From positions 1 through 40,533 of IMG/VR virus record IMGVR_UViG_3300020235_000173: a stretch of 40,533 nt of DNA; one strand, given 5' to 3'. This document shows, piece by piece, positions 7,510-18,100 of this stretch (positions within the stretch are counted from its first letter, which is position 1; the number at the start of each line of letters is the position of its first letter). Source of the stretch: a virus (taxonomy: Duplodnaviria > Caudoviricetes). The notes under the pieces are model-generated. The model was given only the letters and a program-made list of their open reading frames with translations. It did not search any database and was not told where the DNA came from. A program made the translations under genes and the position numbers.

Positions 7510-8069
7510 TCTGCGACCACCACTATCGGCTCGACGTTGCCGAACCAAGTGACCAGATCAGTCGGCACCACGTAGCGCCCGTTGACCGTTTCACTTGGAT
7601 CGCATAGCGTACCTGCCGGCACCGTGCCGGCCGCCAGCAGCACAAATTTATCCACCTGCTTGATGACGTTGTAGACGGTCAGATCGGTGACTATCAGCAT
7701 CGATGGAGGATTCGGTACAGCAAATGGGATCAGCTTGCTGACCTCATTCGAGATGTCGCTTTCCTGTACCGTGGCGGCGCTGTTATAGGCCGTCGATACA
7801 AAGTAGTAGGTCACGCCATCGGTAAGATTCGGCACTGTGAAGGTGGTCGCCAACGGATCAGGGATGTCCACGCTCACCGGGTACGGGCCGCCCGCGGTCT
7901 GGCCAAGGTAGAGCTTGAAGCCGGCGAGATCGGTGAGCGGAGTGCCGTCAGTGTTTTGCGTCGGAGCGGTCCAAGTCAGTGTGGCCTCGCCGGCTAATGC
8001 CTGACCAGTACAAAAACCGAGCAGAAAACAAATCGGCAATCCCAGTGCAAGAAATCTCAAGCGTTTCAT
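7500..8069 (-). CDS. Secreted fibronectin type III domain protein
   Basis: Signal peptide ending QALA; ATLTWTAPTQNTDGTPLTDLAGFKLYLG...NLTDGVTYYFVSTAYN...ESDISNEVS is a clear FN3 signature. Confidence 0.85.
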   Translation of the reverse strand: MKRLRFLALGLPICFLLGFCTGQALAGEATLTWTAPTQNTDGTPLTDLAGFKLYLGQTAGGPYPVSVDIPDPLATTFTVPNLTDGVTYYFVSTAYNSAATVQESDISNEVSKLIPFAVPNPPSMLIVTDLTVYNVIKQVDKFVLLAAGTVPAGTLCDPSETVNGRYVVPTDLVTWFGNVEPIVVVADCS

Positions 8070-8515
8070 ATCAATCTCCTCACTCCGAGCAGGCGGGACG
8101 CACGATACCGAGAAACCTTGACCATGTCAGACTGATTGCCGCCGAGGATCTCGATGAAATCACCGAACTGGCCGGCATAGAAACCGACATGCCCCGGTGC
8201 GTCGATCACTTCCGGGCCCGGTTGCTCGCCCTTGCCGCGGCTGAGTATCACCACATCGAACCCGGCCTTGGCCTCATTCAGCGGGATGCCCTTGCCGATC
8301 TCCAGCCATGAGCGCGCGCGCAGGCTCTTGGACCGCGGCAGGCGCAGCAGCTTGCAGACAAAATTGACGAACGCGCTGCACCACGGGACCTCGTCATCCT
8401 GTGGCCAGTTGTTGTCCGTCTTGAGCATGGCCAGGATCAATGGATTGTCGAGGCCACCGGCCATTTCCTTCTCACCGGTAAAGACCTGTGCGATGTCGAA
8501 TGCTGTGATGTTCAT
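8066..8515 (-). CDS. Endolysin, TIGR02594 / NlpC-P60-CHAP-like peptidoglycan hydrolase
   Basis: DDEVPWCSAFVN, ARSW, GHVGF and LGGNQ motifs. Confidence 0.88.
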   Translation of the reverse strand: MNITAFDIAQVFTGEKEMAGGLDNPLILAMLKTDNNWPQDDEVPWCSAFVNFVCKLLRLPRSKSLRARSWLEIGKGIPLNEAKAGFDVVILSRGKGEQPGPEVIDAPGHVGFYAGQFGDFIEILGGNQSDMVKVSRYRASRLLGVRRLI

Positions 8516-8907
8516 GGGTTTGCGATCTCCGCTCTGATTTTGGCGTCCATTGCGCCAGCCGAAATGTCTGGCAGTGAATGTAATGCCCGCAGCTCATTCA
8601 GCTCGAGCCGCATGACCTCGATCACTGCATTGAGGTTTACATCATCGCCAAACTGCCGCTGCAAATCTCCGATTTTCTGAGCGGCCAGCGCTGCACGATA
8701 GTCGGCATCGGCCTGTGTCTGCTGCGCTTGGTAGGCCGTCGCCCTGCCATCGAGCGCCGCCTGAGCGATGAAATCCTTGTTGACCTCAAAGGTATCGGTG
8801 GTCGGCTCGAATCCCATGTAGCCGCCCAGATTGCCAATGAAATGATTGAACGCCCGCGGATCGGCGCCCGCATGCAACACCACTTTTCTCAGAAATTCGT
8901 CAATCAT
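8512..8907 (-). CDS. Hypothetical protein, possible tail-fibre chaperone
   Basis: 131 aa directly after the fibre gene, ATGA-coupled; helical C-terminus. Confidence 0.6.
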   Translation of the reverse strand: MIDEFLRKVVLHAGADPRAFNHFIGNLGGYMGFEPTTDTFEVNKDFIAQAALDGRATAYQAQQTQADADYRAALAAQKIGDLQRQFGDDVNLNAVIEVMRLELNELRALHSLPDISAGAMDAKIRAEIANP

Positions 8908-10493
8908 CCTAATAACCTGAATTCAGCCCAGAAACCATTGGCCGGCGTGTCCCTCCTGCCCGCTTGGGTCAGGATCAGTACCTCGACATAATCGCCGGCA
9001 TCCATATTGATTAGCCCCGAATACCATGCCTGCATACCAGCCTCACCGGTGCCACCACCGGATTCATTGGTGCCACCGCCCGAGGCGTCCGAGTTCCACG
9101 GAATCCATGAGCCGACCTGTATCGAATCGACAGCACCATTGGTGATGCCATTCTTGCGCAGGCGAACGTGCCCCAGTCCATCTTGCGCACTGCCGAAGCT
9201 GTCCAGCTTGTAGCCGATAATCATTTCAAACTTAGTGAAGCCGACCGGCATCGTCCAGCGGGTGGAATTCGACAGCGGATCATGAATGTTGTCGGTGTCA
9301 TAGACATCGAGACTGAAATCGAGAATCTGCTCTGAGTTGCCGGTGACTGATGGAATCAGGAAGTCAGGCAGATCATTGCGCGGCCACGCGATAAACCCAG
9401 TCTTGACAGCCTTGGCCCCACGCAGCGTAGGCACTGCCCCGCCGACCGAGAAATCGAAAACCCGACGCCAATTTATTGACGGTATGGAATTGCTAATTGC
9501 GACAAAATACGCGCTGTTGCCGGCCGCCAAGATGACCGGCGCATCTTGGCCGGCGCCAATATCTTGGTCGGTTGTCGGGAACATCTGCAGCACGTTTGCG
9601 CCGTCATTGATGATCAACATACGGCGGCCCTGACTTAGCGTTTGAAAGGCGCTCGGGATGCGCACGGCATCGCCAGAATTTGCGACGGTGGCAATCTGAT
9701 TGTAACTCGAGAGCAGTTCCAGAGCACCAGCTTGAGTCTGCGTGGTGCTGGCCGTCAGCCCTACGTGCGCCTCACTGGTCACAATCACATGGTCGCTACG
9801 CTCGCGGAAATTGACCGCCGTAAAGCCGCCAGTAACGAGCCACATTGAATCCGCGGCGGTGACCACACCGCTATCGTCATCGAGATTATTAAACAGGACA
9901 TTGGGCGCTGCTATGGAGCCGTTTGCATTGATAAGTCTCGGTGCCCCGAGCACCGGAAATTCCAGATTGCCGTTGATCGTTAAATCGACGCCGTCCCAGG
10001 TCAGGTCGCCAAGGGTGCAGATCAGCACCCCGCCTGAGAAATACATCAGGTCATCGTCGCTGCAGCCGGTCAGGTCAACGTCAGAGAGATCGTCCAAGCT
10101 GTTGTTGAGGCTGAAAAATATCACGAAGTTAATCGGATCGGTGCCGATGGTCGGCTCGTCATTGGAGATACCGAGATTGGTCTGCACGTAGGAGGTAATC
10201 GAATTCGGGGGCACATTGACGTTGACGATGGTGCCCTTGGCGACATCGCGGTTGCCATCGAAGTCGGCAGCCCGCTCCCATGCTGATGTGCGCACGTTGT
10301 AGATGCCATTCTCGACCGAATCAGTCTGCGCTGCTACCAGCACTCGATCACCCGCGAGCACCGCGATGGTGTCCACAGTCTGCTCGCCCTCGAGCAGGAT
10401 ATTTGCGGTGTCTGATACCGCCTTGCAGGGCGCCTTGATGGCGAGCGAAGCAATTACGCCGTTGAATCTGTCCTCTGATAGATTTAGGGCCAT
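8904..10493 (-). CDS. Tail fibre / receptor-binding protein 2 (529 aa)
   Basis: N-terminal anchor GDRVLV..Q....ENGIY.....W.RA.DFD; LDDLSDVD repeat; C-terminal C1q/TNF-like beta domain (DVYDTDNIHD...MDAGDYVEV). Confidence 0.8.
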   Translation of the reverse strand: MALNLSEDRFNGVIASLAIKAPCKAVSDTANILLEGEQTVDTIAVLAGDRVLVAAQTDSVENGIYNVRTSAWERAADFDGNRDVAKGTIVNVNVPPNSITSYVQTNLGISNDEPTIGTDPINFVIFFSLNNSLDDLSDVDLTGCSDDDLMYFSGGVLICTLGDLTWDGVDLTINGNLEFPVLGAPRLINANGSIAAPNVLFNNLDDDSGVVTAADSMWLVTGGFTAVNFRERSDHVIVTSEAHVGLTASTTQTQAGALELLSSYNQIATVANSGDAVRIPSAFQTLSQGRRMLIINDGANVLQMFPTTDQDIGAGQDAPVILAAGNSAYFVAISNSIPSINWRRVFDFSVGGAVPTLRGAKAVKTGFIAWPRNDLPDFLIPSVTGNSEQILDFSLDVYDTDNIHDPLSNSTRWTMPVGFTKFEMIIGYKLDSFGSAQDGLGHVRLRKNGITNGAVDSIQVGSWIPWNSDASGGGTNESGGGTGEAGMQAWYSGLINMDAGDYVEVLILTQAGRRDTPANGFWAEFRLLG

Positions 10494-10504
10494 ATCCTAT
10501 GTCC

Positions 10505-11281
10505 TCATGAATCGCTGCTTTTCCAGCGGGCGCTAACAGCGTAGCTGTCATTGTTTTCCAGATTAGACAAGCCCCAGTTACCTACCGGCACACCGGGGTT
10601 TCCATCTGGTGTGACCCGGTATCCGAAAGCGGCTACTGCCCCATCCCCAAAGCCATTGTCAATATAATTGACAGCGCCGATTAAAGTGATCGTCGGCTGG
10701 CTTGGATCAACACTTACAGTAGCACCCGCTGCCCCTGGCGATGCCTTTTTTGCCGTGGCCCACACATCCAGAAGATGATCGAATCCGTTGTTGGGCGCGT
10801 CCTCGCGAAACATTGAGGCATCAGGTTTAGTCTCACTGGACTCATTATCGGCGGTGATGGTGTTCAGGCCAAAGGTCCAAGGATTCGAGAATCGCGCTAT
10901 TATCATTGCCGCCGGAAACGTGCCAACGCCACCCATCGAAACATTGTCATTCACAGTCCCAGTCGAAATGCGTGGATCAATAGAAAGCACTATGCGGCTG
11001 ACATCGGACCGCGAAATTCCACCTGTAGGCGACCACGGCTGAAACCCTATGCCCTCGCGCAAAACTACACTCCCCTGGCCAACGTAGCCGGGACCGGCCA
11101 TCGCCCAACACACCAGCAGATCACCGGCTCCAGCGGGGCCGGGAGCACCAAGGGTATATGGACCCGCAGGATCGCTACCATCGCCCTGCGTGAACAGACT
11201 GCTCTGGCTGACGAATGTATAGCCCGGACCCCCGCCCTCGGCATCGTCGGAGCCCAGTAGGCTGTTGAGGATCAACCCCAT
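10505..11281 (-). CDS. Beta-rich fibre-associated adhesin (start revised to MGLILNSLLG)
   Basis: TGATG overlap with the fibre 1 stop; AGDLLV motif; Gly/Ser/Asn-rich beta composition. Confidence 0.65.
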   Translation of the reverse strand: MGLILNSLLGSDDAEGGGPGYTFVSQSSLFTQGDGSDPAGPYTLGAPGPAGAGDLLVCWAMAGPGYVGQGSVVLREGIGFQPWSPTGGISRSDVSRIVLSIDPRISTGTVNDNVSMGGVGTFPAAMIIARFSNPWTFGLNTITADNESSETKPDASMFREDAPNNGFDHLLDVWATAKKASPGAAGATVSVDPSQPTITLIGAVNYIDNGFGDGAVAAFGYRVTPDGNPGVPVGNWGLSNLENNDSYAVSARWKSSDS

Positions 11282-12108
11282 CAGGAGAAGTCCCTCGCGT
11301 AAGTAGCGAGCCATGTGGTGCCGCCGTCGATGGAGCGGAAGTGAATGAGATAGATGGCATTGGCGCTGGAAATATCGATCTCAACACCATTCATCCACTT
11401 CACTGACGCCGGCCATGTGATCGTGCGGGCGATGCTATCTTGTAGCAGGTGCATCTCGAATTGAGCCAAGATGCCTGATGGTGGCAGGTTGATGAAATTG
11501 ACAGTGACCACAAACTCAGTCATCTCATAAAATATGTCCTGCCCAAGCTCGTAGTCGAGCGTGATCTCATTGATGCCGCCACTGGTGATCACCTGATGCT
11601 GCACCGTGAACCGCTCGAATGGATTTTCAGCGCAGTCGATGTTGGTGCCAAAGAACATGAAGTCATGCACCGGACTAACGTCAGTCAGGTCAGCAAACTT
11701 ATCGACGCCGCTGGCGATGCCCGCAGCAGCGGAGTCATACCACAGCCGGAAATTCACCGGATCGACGCCGACCTTGATCAGAACTATCAGTGTCGTGACC
11801 TCGTAGATCGCGGACGTACCTATGGAGCGGTTGACGTTGACGATGGTGCCGCGTGTGATGTCACGGTTGCCATCGAAATCAGGAGTGCGTGACCAAGCGC
11901 TGGTGCTGGCGTTATAGATCCCGTTTTCGATTGGATCAGCCTGATTGGCCACCAGCACCCGGTCGCCATCCACCGTTTGAAAGCCGTCAACTACCAGCAG
12001 GCCCTCCAAGTCAGCCAGCGGCGTGGTCTGCACCGCTATGCACGGTGCCTTGATCGCCAGCGATGCGAGCACCCCGTTAAACCGATCTTCTGATGCGAGA
12101 AATACCAT
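11281..12108 (-). CDS. Short tail fibre / adaptor protein 1 (275 aa)
   Basis: Same N-terminal anchor as 8904..10493; C-terminal RTITWPASVKW..G...F.SIDGGTTW domain typical of fibre tips or adaptors. Confidence 0.8.
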   Translation of the reverse strand: MVFLASEDRFNGVLASLAIKAPCIAVQTTPLADLEGLLVVDGFQTVDGDRVLVANQADPIENGIYNASTSAWSRTPDFDGNRDITRGTIVNVNRSIGTSAIYEVTTLIVLIKVGVDPVNFRLWYDSAAAGIASGVDKFADLTDVSPVHDFMFFGTNIDCAENPFERFTVQHQVITSGGINEITLDYELGQDIFYEMTEFVVTVNFINLPPSGILAQFEMHLLQDSIARTITWPASVKWMNGVEIDISSANAIYLIHFRSIDGGTTWLATYARDFS

Positions 12109-12110
12109 GG

Positions 12111-15100
12111 CTACCTCCTTCTGCCTATCAGATACTCATACCATGCCGCATCCTCGGCCATGTAGGCCTCGATGGCGCGGTTGACCTGACTCGAGGGCAG
12201 ATGCAATGCGGTGCCCAGTGCGCTGATCGTGGTGGTAATTGCCTGCTCATCCAGTTCGCCTTGCTTGACCTGCATAATTACATCGAATACATCCTTCATC
12301 AGCGAGCCAATCGGGGTGTTGCCTGAGCCGTATCTGGCGGTCGAGATTTCACGCAGGAACGGGATGCCGGCAATCATCGAGTCGAGCGTGGCCAGCCCCA
12401 CCCATGCCGCGACGTTGTAAGCATCCATTTTCTCCTCATCGTCACCCTCGGGCCAGTTACCGTAGACCAACTGCGAGGCGATGCCCTCAACCATGAATAG
12501 CATCACGTAATCAATCGCCAGGTTAGCGGCATCGCCAATGGTCCTATCGCTGCGCTTGTACTTCTGCGTTGACTCGTAAGCCAGCCCTTGCTTGCGGATC
12601 ATGTACGAGATCAGCGTCGTCCATAGCCTGACGTACTGTGATTGCCGGGTCCGGTTGCCAAGAGTGCCACGCTCGATCCCTGATCGATCTGCCCAGATAC
12701 CGGATGTCTGTGCGCCTTCTACCTGCGAGTCAGCAAACAGGCGGGAGTCAACCTCAGACAGCGCCATGTTGTTGCGACCATTCCAGTACGCACCCATCCA
12801 TGTCCACACATCGACCAGCGATTGAGCCTTGGCGATCATCCAGAAATACTTGCTGCTGAATAGCTTGAAATTTCGGCTGAATTGGGTCGGGATCGGGCCG
12901 AAAATAGATTTCATGAAGGCCTGAGAATCTGCCACTTCGACGCTGTAGGTCTGCATCACACCGTAGCGGGTGTGCATGAATTTCGAGTTTGCCATGACCC
13001 AGTTGTAGTGGCCGACAGGATTCTGCAGGAACTTGCCAAAGCCCATCATGAAATTTTTCTTGCCGATGAACGCCATCGATTGAAAGGCGCCGGTTATCTG
13101 CAGCAATGTCACCGTGATGCTGAATGCCAGCTTTGATTTCGTGAAGCCCACACGGGTCCAGCCGGCCATTTTCTCCCAGATATTTGACGCCGGCAGCTCA
13201 CCGACCGCGGCATCAGTCGCCCACAGCACCAGCTCTTTCAGTGCGACCTCGTTGTTGGTGAACGTGAATGCCCGCCTGACCTTCTCAGAGTTCAGCAGCC
13301 GCATGATGTAGTTGATCTCGTCGCCTATGGCGATGTCACGAATGGTTTCTCGCAAGTGCTGATCGATGCCGCCCAGTCCGAGACGCACTACCCGGCCATG
13401 ATTCCTGACCCGGTTGTAGGTCGATCCGGCTCGGGTGCTGGATGAGACGTAGAGCCCCTGCCCCATTTTTCTGGCGACCTCGTTAAGATCGTCGGCCTTT
13501 ACTTTGTCACCAAATTTCGGGTTATACCACAGGTGATAGTAGCCACCCTTGACCGTGATCTCTTGATTATCCACAGTATTGATCGTGAACGGCAGCGGCT
13601 CGATTTTCTGCGGCGCAACACCACGCCGGCGCTTTTCTACCGTGGCCAGACCTTCACGGATAACCTTGCCACTATCGTCTTTTTGATCGAACCAGTAAGT
13701 ATCGAGGTAATCCCACATATCCTGAATGAATAGCCAGTCACGGGCATCGAGCGTGGCCAGTGCGGCCATCACTTCGGCTTGCGGGAAGGCATTGCCGACG
13801 ATGTTGCCATCGATATCCTTTCTCACGCCGCCCAGGAGCGCAGCACGGTTGGTATCCGAGCCCCAGTTCAGGCCAATCGATAACACATCCGACCGGGACA
13901 GCTTCTCGCTAAAGCCCTCAATCGTTTTTTTCTTTTCAATGTCAGCCAGCTCCGGGTTGCTGTAGTGCTTGGTATACAGCGCGGCCACATCCTCCTGATA
14001 CTGGTGGATCATCGGGATCAGCTTTTCGGCGTAGGCGCGACGGATCGGAATAGCCAGCAATCTGGTCAGCGCCCCCCACGCATTGCCATCGAGGATGCGG
14101 GAGATCGCGCCGACGCTCAGCGAATGGTAGACCCCCTCTCTGATGGATTCACCAAAGCTCTTTTTGCCAGTCTCCTCTGCGACACCAAAATCGACCACCA
14201 CATTGTTAGCCTTGACGCTCTCGGCAATCTCAGTCTCGACCTCGGCAAGCACAACCTCCTCGCCGTTGACCATTGCCATTTCGCTACGCTTGGGCATGTT
14301 CTCGAGCTGCATCACAATGTCGCGCATCTCACGGAATTCCTGCACCGTGAGTTCCTGCCAGTTAATGCCAAAGCCCTCGTTCAGAATCACCTGCTCATTG
14401 CCGAGATCATCGACAACCACGCGGAATAGCTTGCCGGCCTGCTCGCCATTCATGCTGATGTGGCCAGCGTGAACCATCTCCGCGACTTCCTGCAGCGCCG
14501 TATTTCGATCTACCTCCGCGAGCGAGCGCCGGCGCAGATCAATGCCCTCGATGATCGCGAGGATCGGATCGAGCAGCCCTGCCTTGCCCAGTCGCCGCTG
14601 CGTTACGGGCTTCTCTAATCCCCTGAGATATTTCTGTATCCTGCTGGTCTCCTCCTTGGCCCTGATCGCCGCCCTGAATGCCTCATGATTGCGAATCTGC
14701 GTGGCCTTCTCATCGTAGGCAGTGGCCCAGTCCTGCTTTTCGATTGCCGCCCATGCCCGCCGGCCAGCCTTCTGCTCAGCCAGCCGGTACTTATTGGGAT
14801 TGATCTCTCGAATTTTCAGCTTGCTCATGAAACTCTGAGCCAGCTTCTTGATGATCGACAGCTCAACGCGGGTCGGCAGCAAAGCCTTGGCCGCCGCCTT
14901 GCCCTCAGTGACCTCACGGGCAGCCGCACGGCGCTCAGCGCCGACGATCTTCTGGTCCTTACGCTGCAACCTACGCAACGCCCGCATCTCAGCAGCGAGC
15001 ACCTGAGCCCGCTTGTCGTTATGCACGGAGATCAGCGCATCAGCCGCCAGAGTGCCATCGGTCATCGGATCAGGAAATCTTTCCTCCATCAGCCGATCCG

Positions 15101-18100
15101 TTTCAAACTGTATCAACTCATCCATTGGGCGAGCTGTGACCAAGGCCTGCAGCATGTCCTGTGCATCGGCGTAGCCAAAGACGCCAGCGGCGACATCGAC
15201 ATCGACGCCACCCTTGACGCTGTAGATTGCCGACCGACCGCGTCCGGGGAACCTTGCGAGGAATTCCTGTGAGCCGGCAGCAGCTCTCAGCAGGCTGACC
15301 TTGCTAATCTTGAAAGGAGCAGGCGATAGCGCTGGACTACCATCAGGGAGCTGACCCCGCTGCAGCATTGCCAGTGCGATATACACCGGCATACCATGAA
15401 CCTCGGCAGTGACCTGCTCCTCGATTTTATCGCGCTCGCTCTGCCACCATGCTTGTGCCTGACGAGTGACGTATGCGAGCTGCTTGCGGTGCTCCTGATC
15501 GACCGCCTCCTGATGGGCCTGTTCGGTATTCTCTCGATAGACCTCAAAGGCCTCGGGAGTCATGTTGGCCGCGGCGGCGGTAGAAAATATCGGTCTGAAT
15601 CCCTGCTGCGCCTCGGCGTTTGTGATCGCCTCATCAGTCGCCACCATGCGATCCATGACGCCACGAATCTCGTCGGTCAGCACAATGCCGTCATAGTAGT
15701 TCAGGATGTGCTTGTAGATTTTGACCAGCCACACACTGAATGCAGAGAAAAGCGGCTGCAGCTCATGGGTCGGCGCCACGCCCTCTTGGTAATACGCCTC
15801 TTGGGACTTGGCCCATATCTCATGCTCCTTGGCCGTAATCTCCGAGCGTCTGGTGACACCGATGTATTTCAGAATTTTGGCGTAGTCATCGATGGTTTTC
15901 TGCGGCGCCTCCGGGCGCTCAGCCAGATCGCCCATGATATTGAGCCACAGATGCGCGCTCTCATGCAGAAAGCTCGACAGATCCCGAGCCTTGGCCATGC
16001 GAATGATGCCGCGGCCCTGCTCATCGAATGTGATCGACGCACGGTGCTTGTCCTGAAAATAGGTCAGACCAAGCAGCGCGGTTTGTTTCATCTCGTCGCT
16101 TATATCCAGCGCATGAACCTCAACGCGGGCGAGGGCATCGAAATACTCCAGCTCGAAATTTATAACCCCGCCCTGATTCATGGCCTTCTGGGCGGCCTTC
16201 TTAGTCTTGTACTGACCTTTCCAACCGTTGCGCTTATCGGTGATCTGCCAGTGACCCGCATCAGGATGCTCGATCAGGCCACCGAATTTCTTGACCCGAG
16301 CTTTTTTGTCCAGCGACCGGGCCACGCGATTGGTGACGTTAATCAGCATGTCGTCGTAGAAATCGGCCATGCCCTCGCCGCCGACCATCAAATTATCATC
16401 CGTGATCTCTTGCGAGTAATCAGCCTCGAGAATCTGCTTGGCCAGCCGCTCACCGATGAGGTCCTCGAGCTGCTTGCCTTTCCAGTATTCCGGTGAACCG
16501 CGCTCGATGTTTTCGATAGTGCCATCTCGGGCGACACCAATGCTCATCAGGCGGTTATTGTACATTTTGAAACTCACGGAGCGGCCGGCGTCCGCACCAT
16601 CGGCAGTAAGCCGGCCTACGGCACTGATAGTTTGGACAACCTTTCGCAGATCGTATCGATTGGCCTGCTGCTCTCCGGTGGTCCAGGCTATCTGGTCGTA
16701 ACCCTGCTCGGCGGCTATCCTGATCAGCCGTTTCATGACCAGCTCCATCCACGCAGCACCGCCGAAGGCGAACGGCGGTGCCTTGTTTTCCTCATGCGCC
16801 AGTTGACGAGCAATAAAATCAGCCTCGGTACGGTTACGATGCCACATGGGTTCATTGAGGATGTGGTCTGTGATCGGATCACGTTGACTGGCCAAATCCT
16901 GAGACTGCGCATTCAGCTCAACCAGTCGCTCAGTCATCAACTCAATCGCCAGCAGATTCCTGATGCCATTTTTCCGGGCGAGCTTATCGAAGTCGCTTTG
17001 CATCTCCTCGATAAACAGAATCCGCTCGCCATTAGGACCGGTACGGTCATTCACACGGAACCAAGCGATGATGTTCTTGTAGTCCCTGAAAACGTGGCTC
17101 TCGAATTCACTCGCACTCTCATTCCGCAGTGCGCTCAGCAGCTCGTAGGCTCGCTGTATGGGCGCACCACCAAGCCCTGCAGCACCGAAATCCGCAGCAA
17201 TGACATCGAACTGCTCAAAAGCACGGAGAAAAGCACCCGCGACTGGGCGCAGGCTTGCGCTGAAATGCTCATCGAGCATGCCCTTCTGGTCCTTGGGCAA
17301 GTCATTGTAGGCCGCGATCACCGACAGCTTTGCGGCGTCGTATGCCGGCGTGGAAATGGTCGGCATCTTGAGGATGACCTCACGGTAGTTTTTGCCACCG
17401 GCCAGTTGCCAAGTCGATGCTTCCGGGCCCCGGATCAGGTAAGTGCCATCCCCCAGATCGGAATAGCCCCATCCCGGTATGATGGTGCGGATCGCATCAT
17501 GGGCCTCACGCATCTCTAATATCGCAGCCCTGCCCTCCGGGCTGGCCATCGTGAATTGACCACTCGACACGGCCGCCGTCGCTACATCTACCCGCATTCT
17601 GGCGGCGGCCTGCTCCTCGGGTGTGCCAAAGCGTCCGATAGTCGTGCCATGCTCTCCCTGCAGGGTCGCCATGAATCCGTGGACCTGCTGATCGGTCAGC
17701 ATCTCGAAGGTAATATCTGTGGCATTACCTGTTTTGACCAACTCGGCCTGCTGATCGCTCATCTCGGCCACCATGAGCTGAATGTGCGAGAACCGCCCGG
17801 ACTCCCAGGCCGCCTTAACGTCCACGGGTCTAATGATCTTGCCGGAAACCTCGCCAAGGGTGATCTCCTCGACCCTGAGCCCCCCGGATTCGATGAAATT
17901 GATCAGATTATCCCGTGTAACCGTGCCCTTGGCCGCCATCCATTGCGGTACGCCAATCCATTCCAGCTCGCGCTTTTTGACACCGGGCATTTTCTTGAGC
18001 ATGGAAAGCATCTGCTCAGCCGTGCCCTTCTCTTGCGGCAGCGAGCGGGCCGCATTCAGCAGCCCTGATGTGAACCCGATCTCAGACTGGAACAGGGTGC

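Noticed and set aside
8904-12108. Diversity-generating retroelement, given the BPP-1-like architecture
   Set aside because: No reverse transcriptase and no adenine-specific TR/VR repeat pair seen; the fibre similarity is at the N-termini and is ordinary paralogy.
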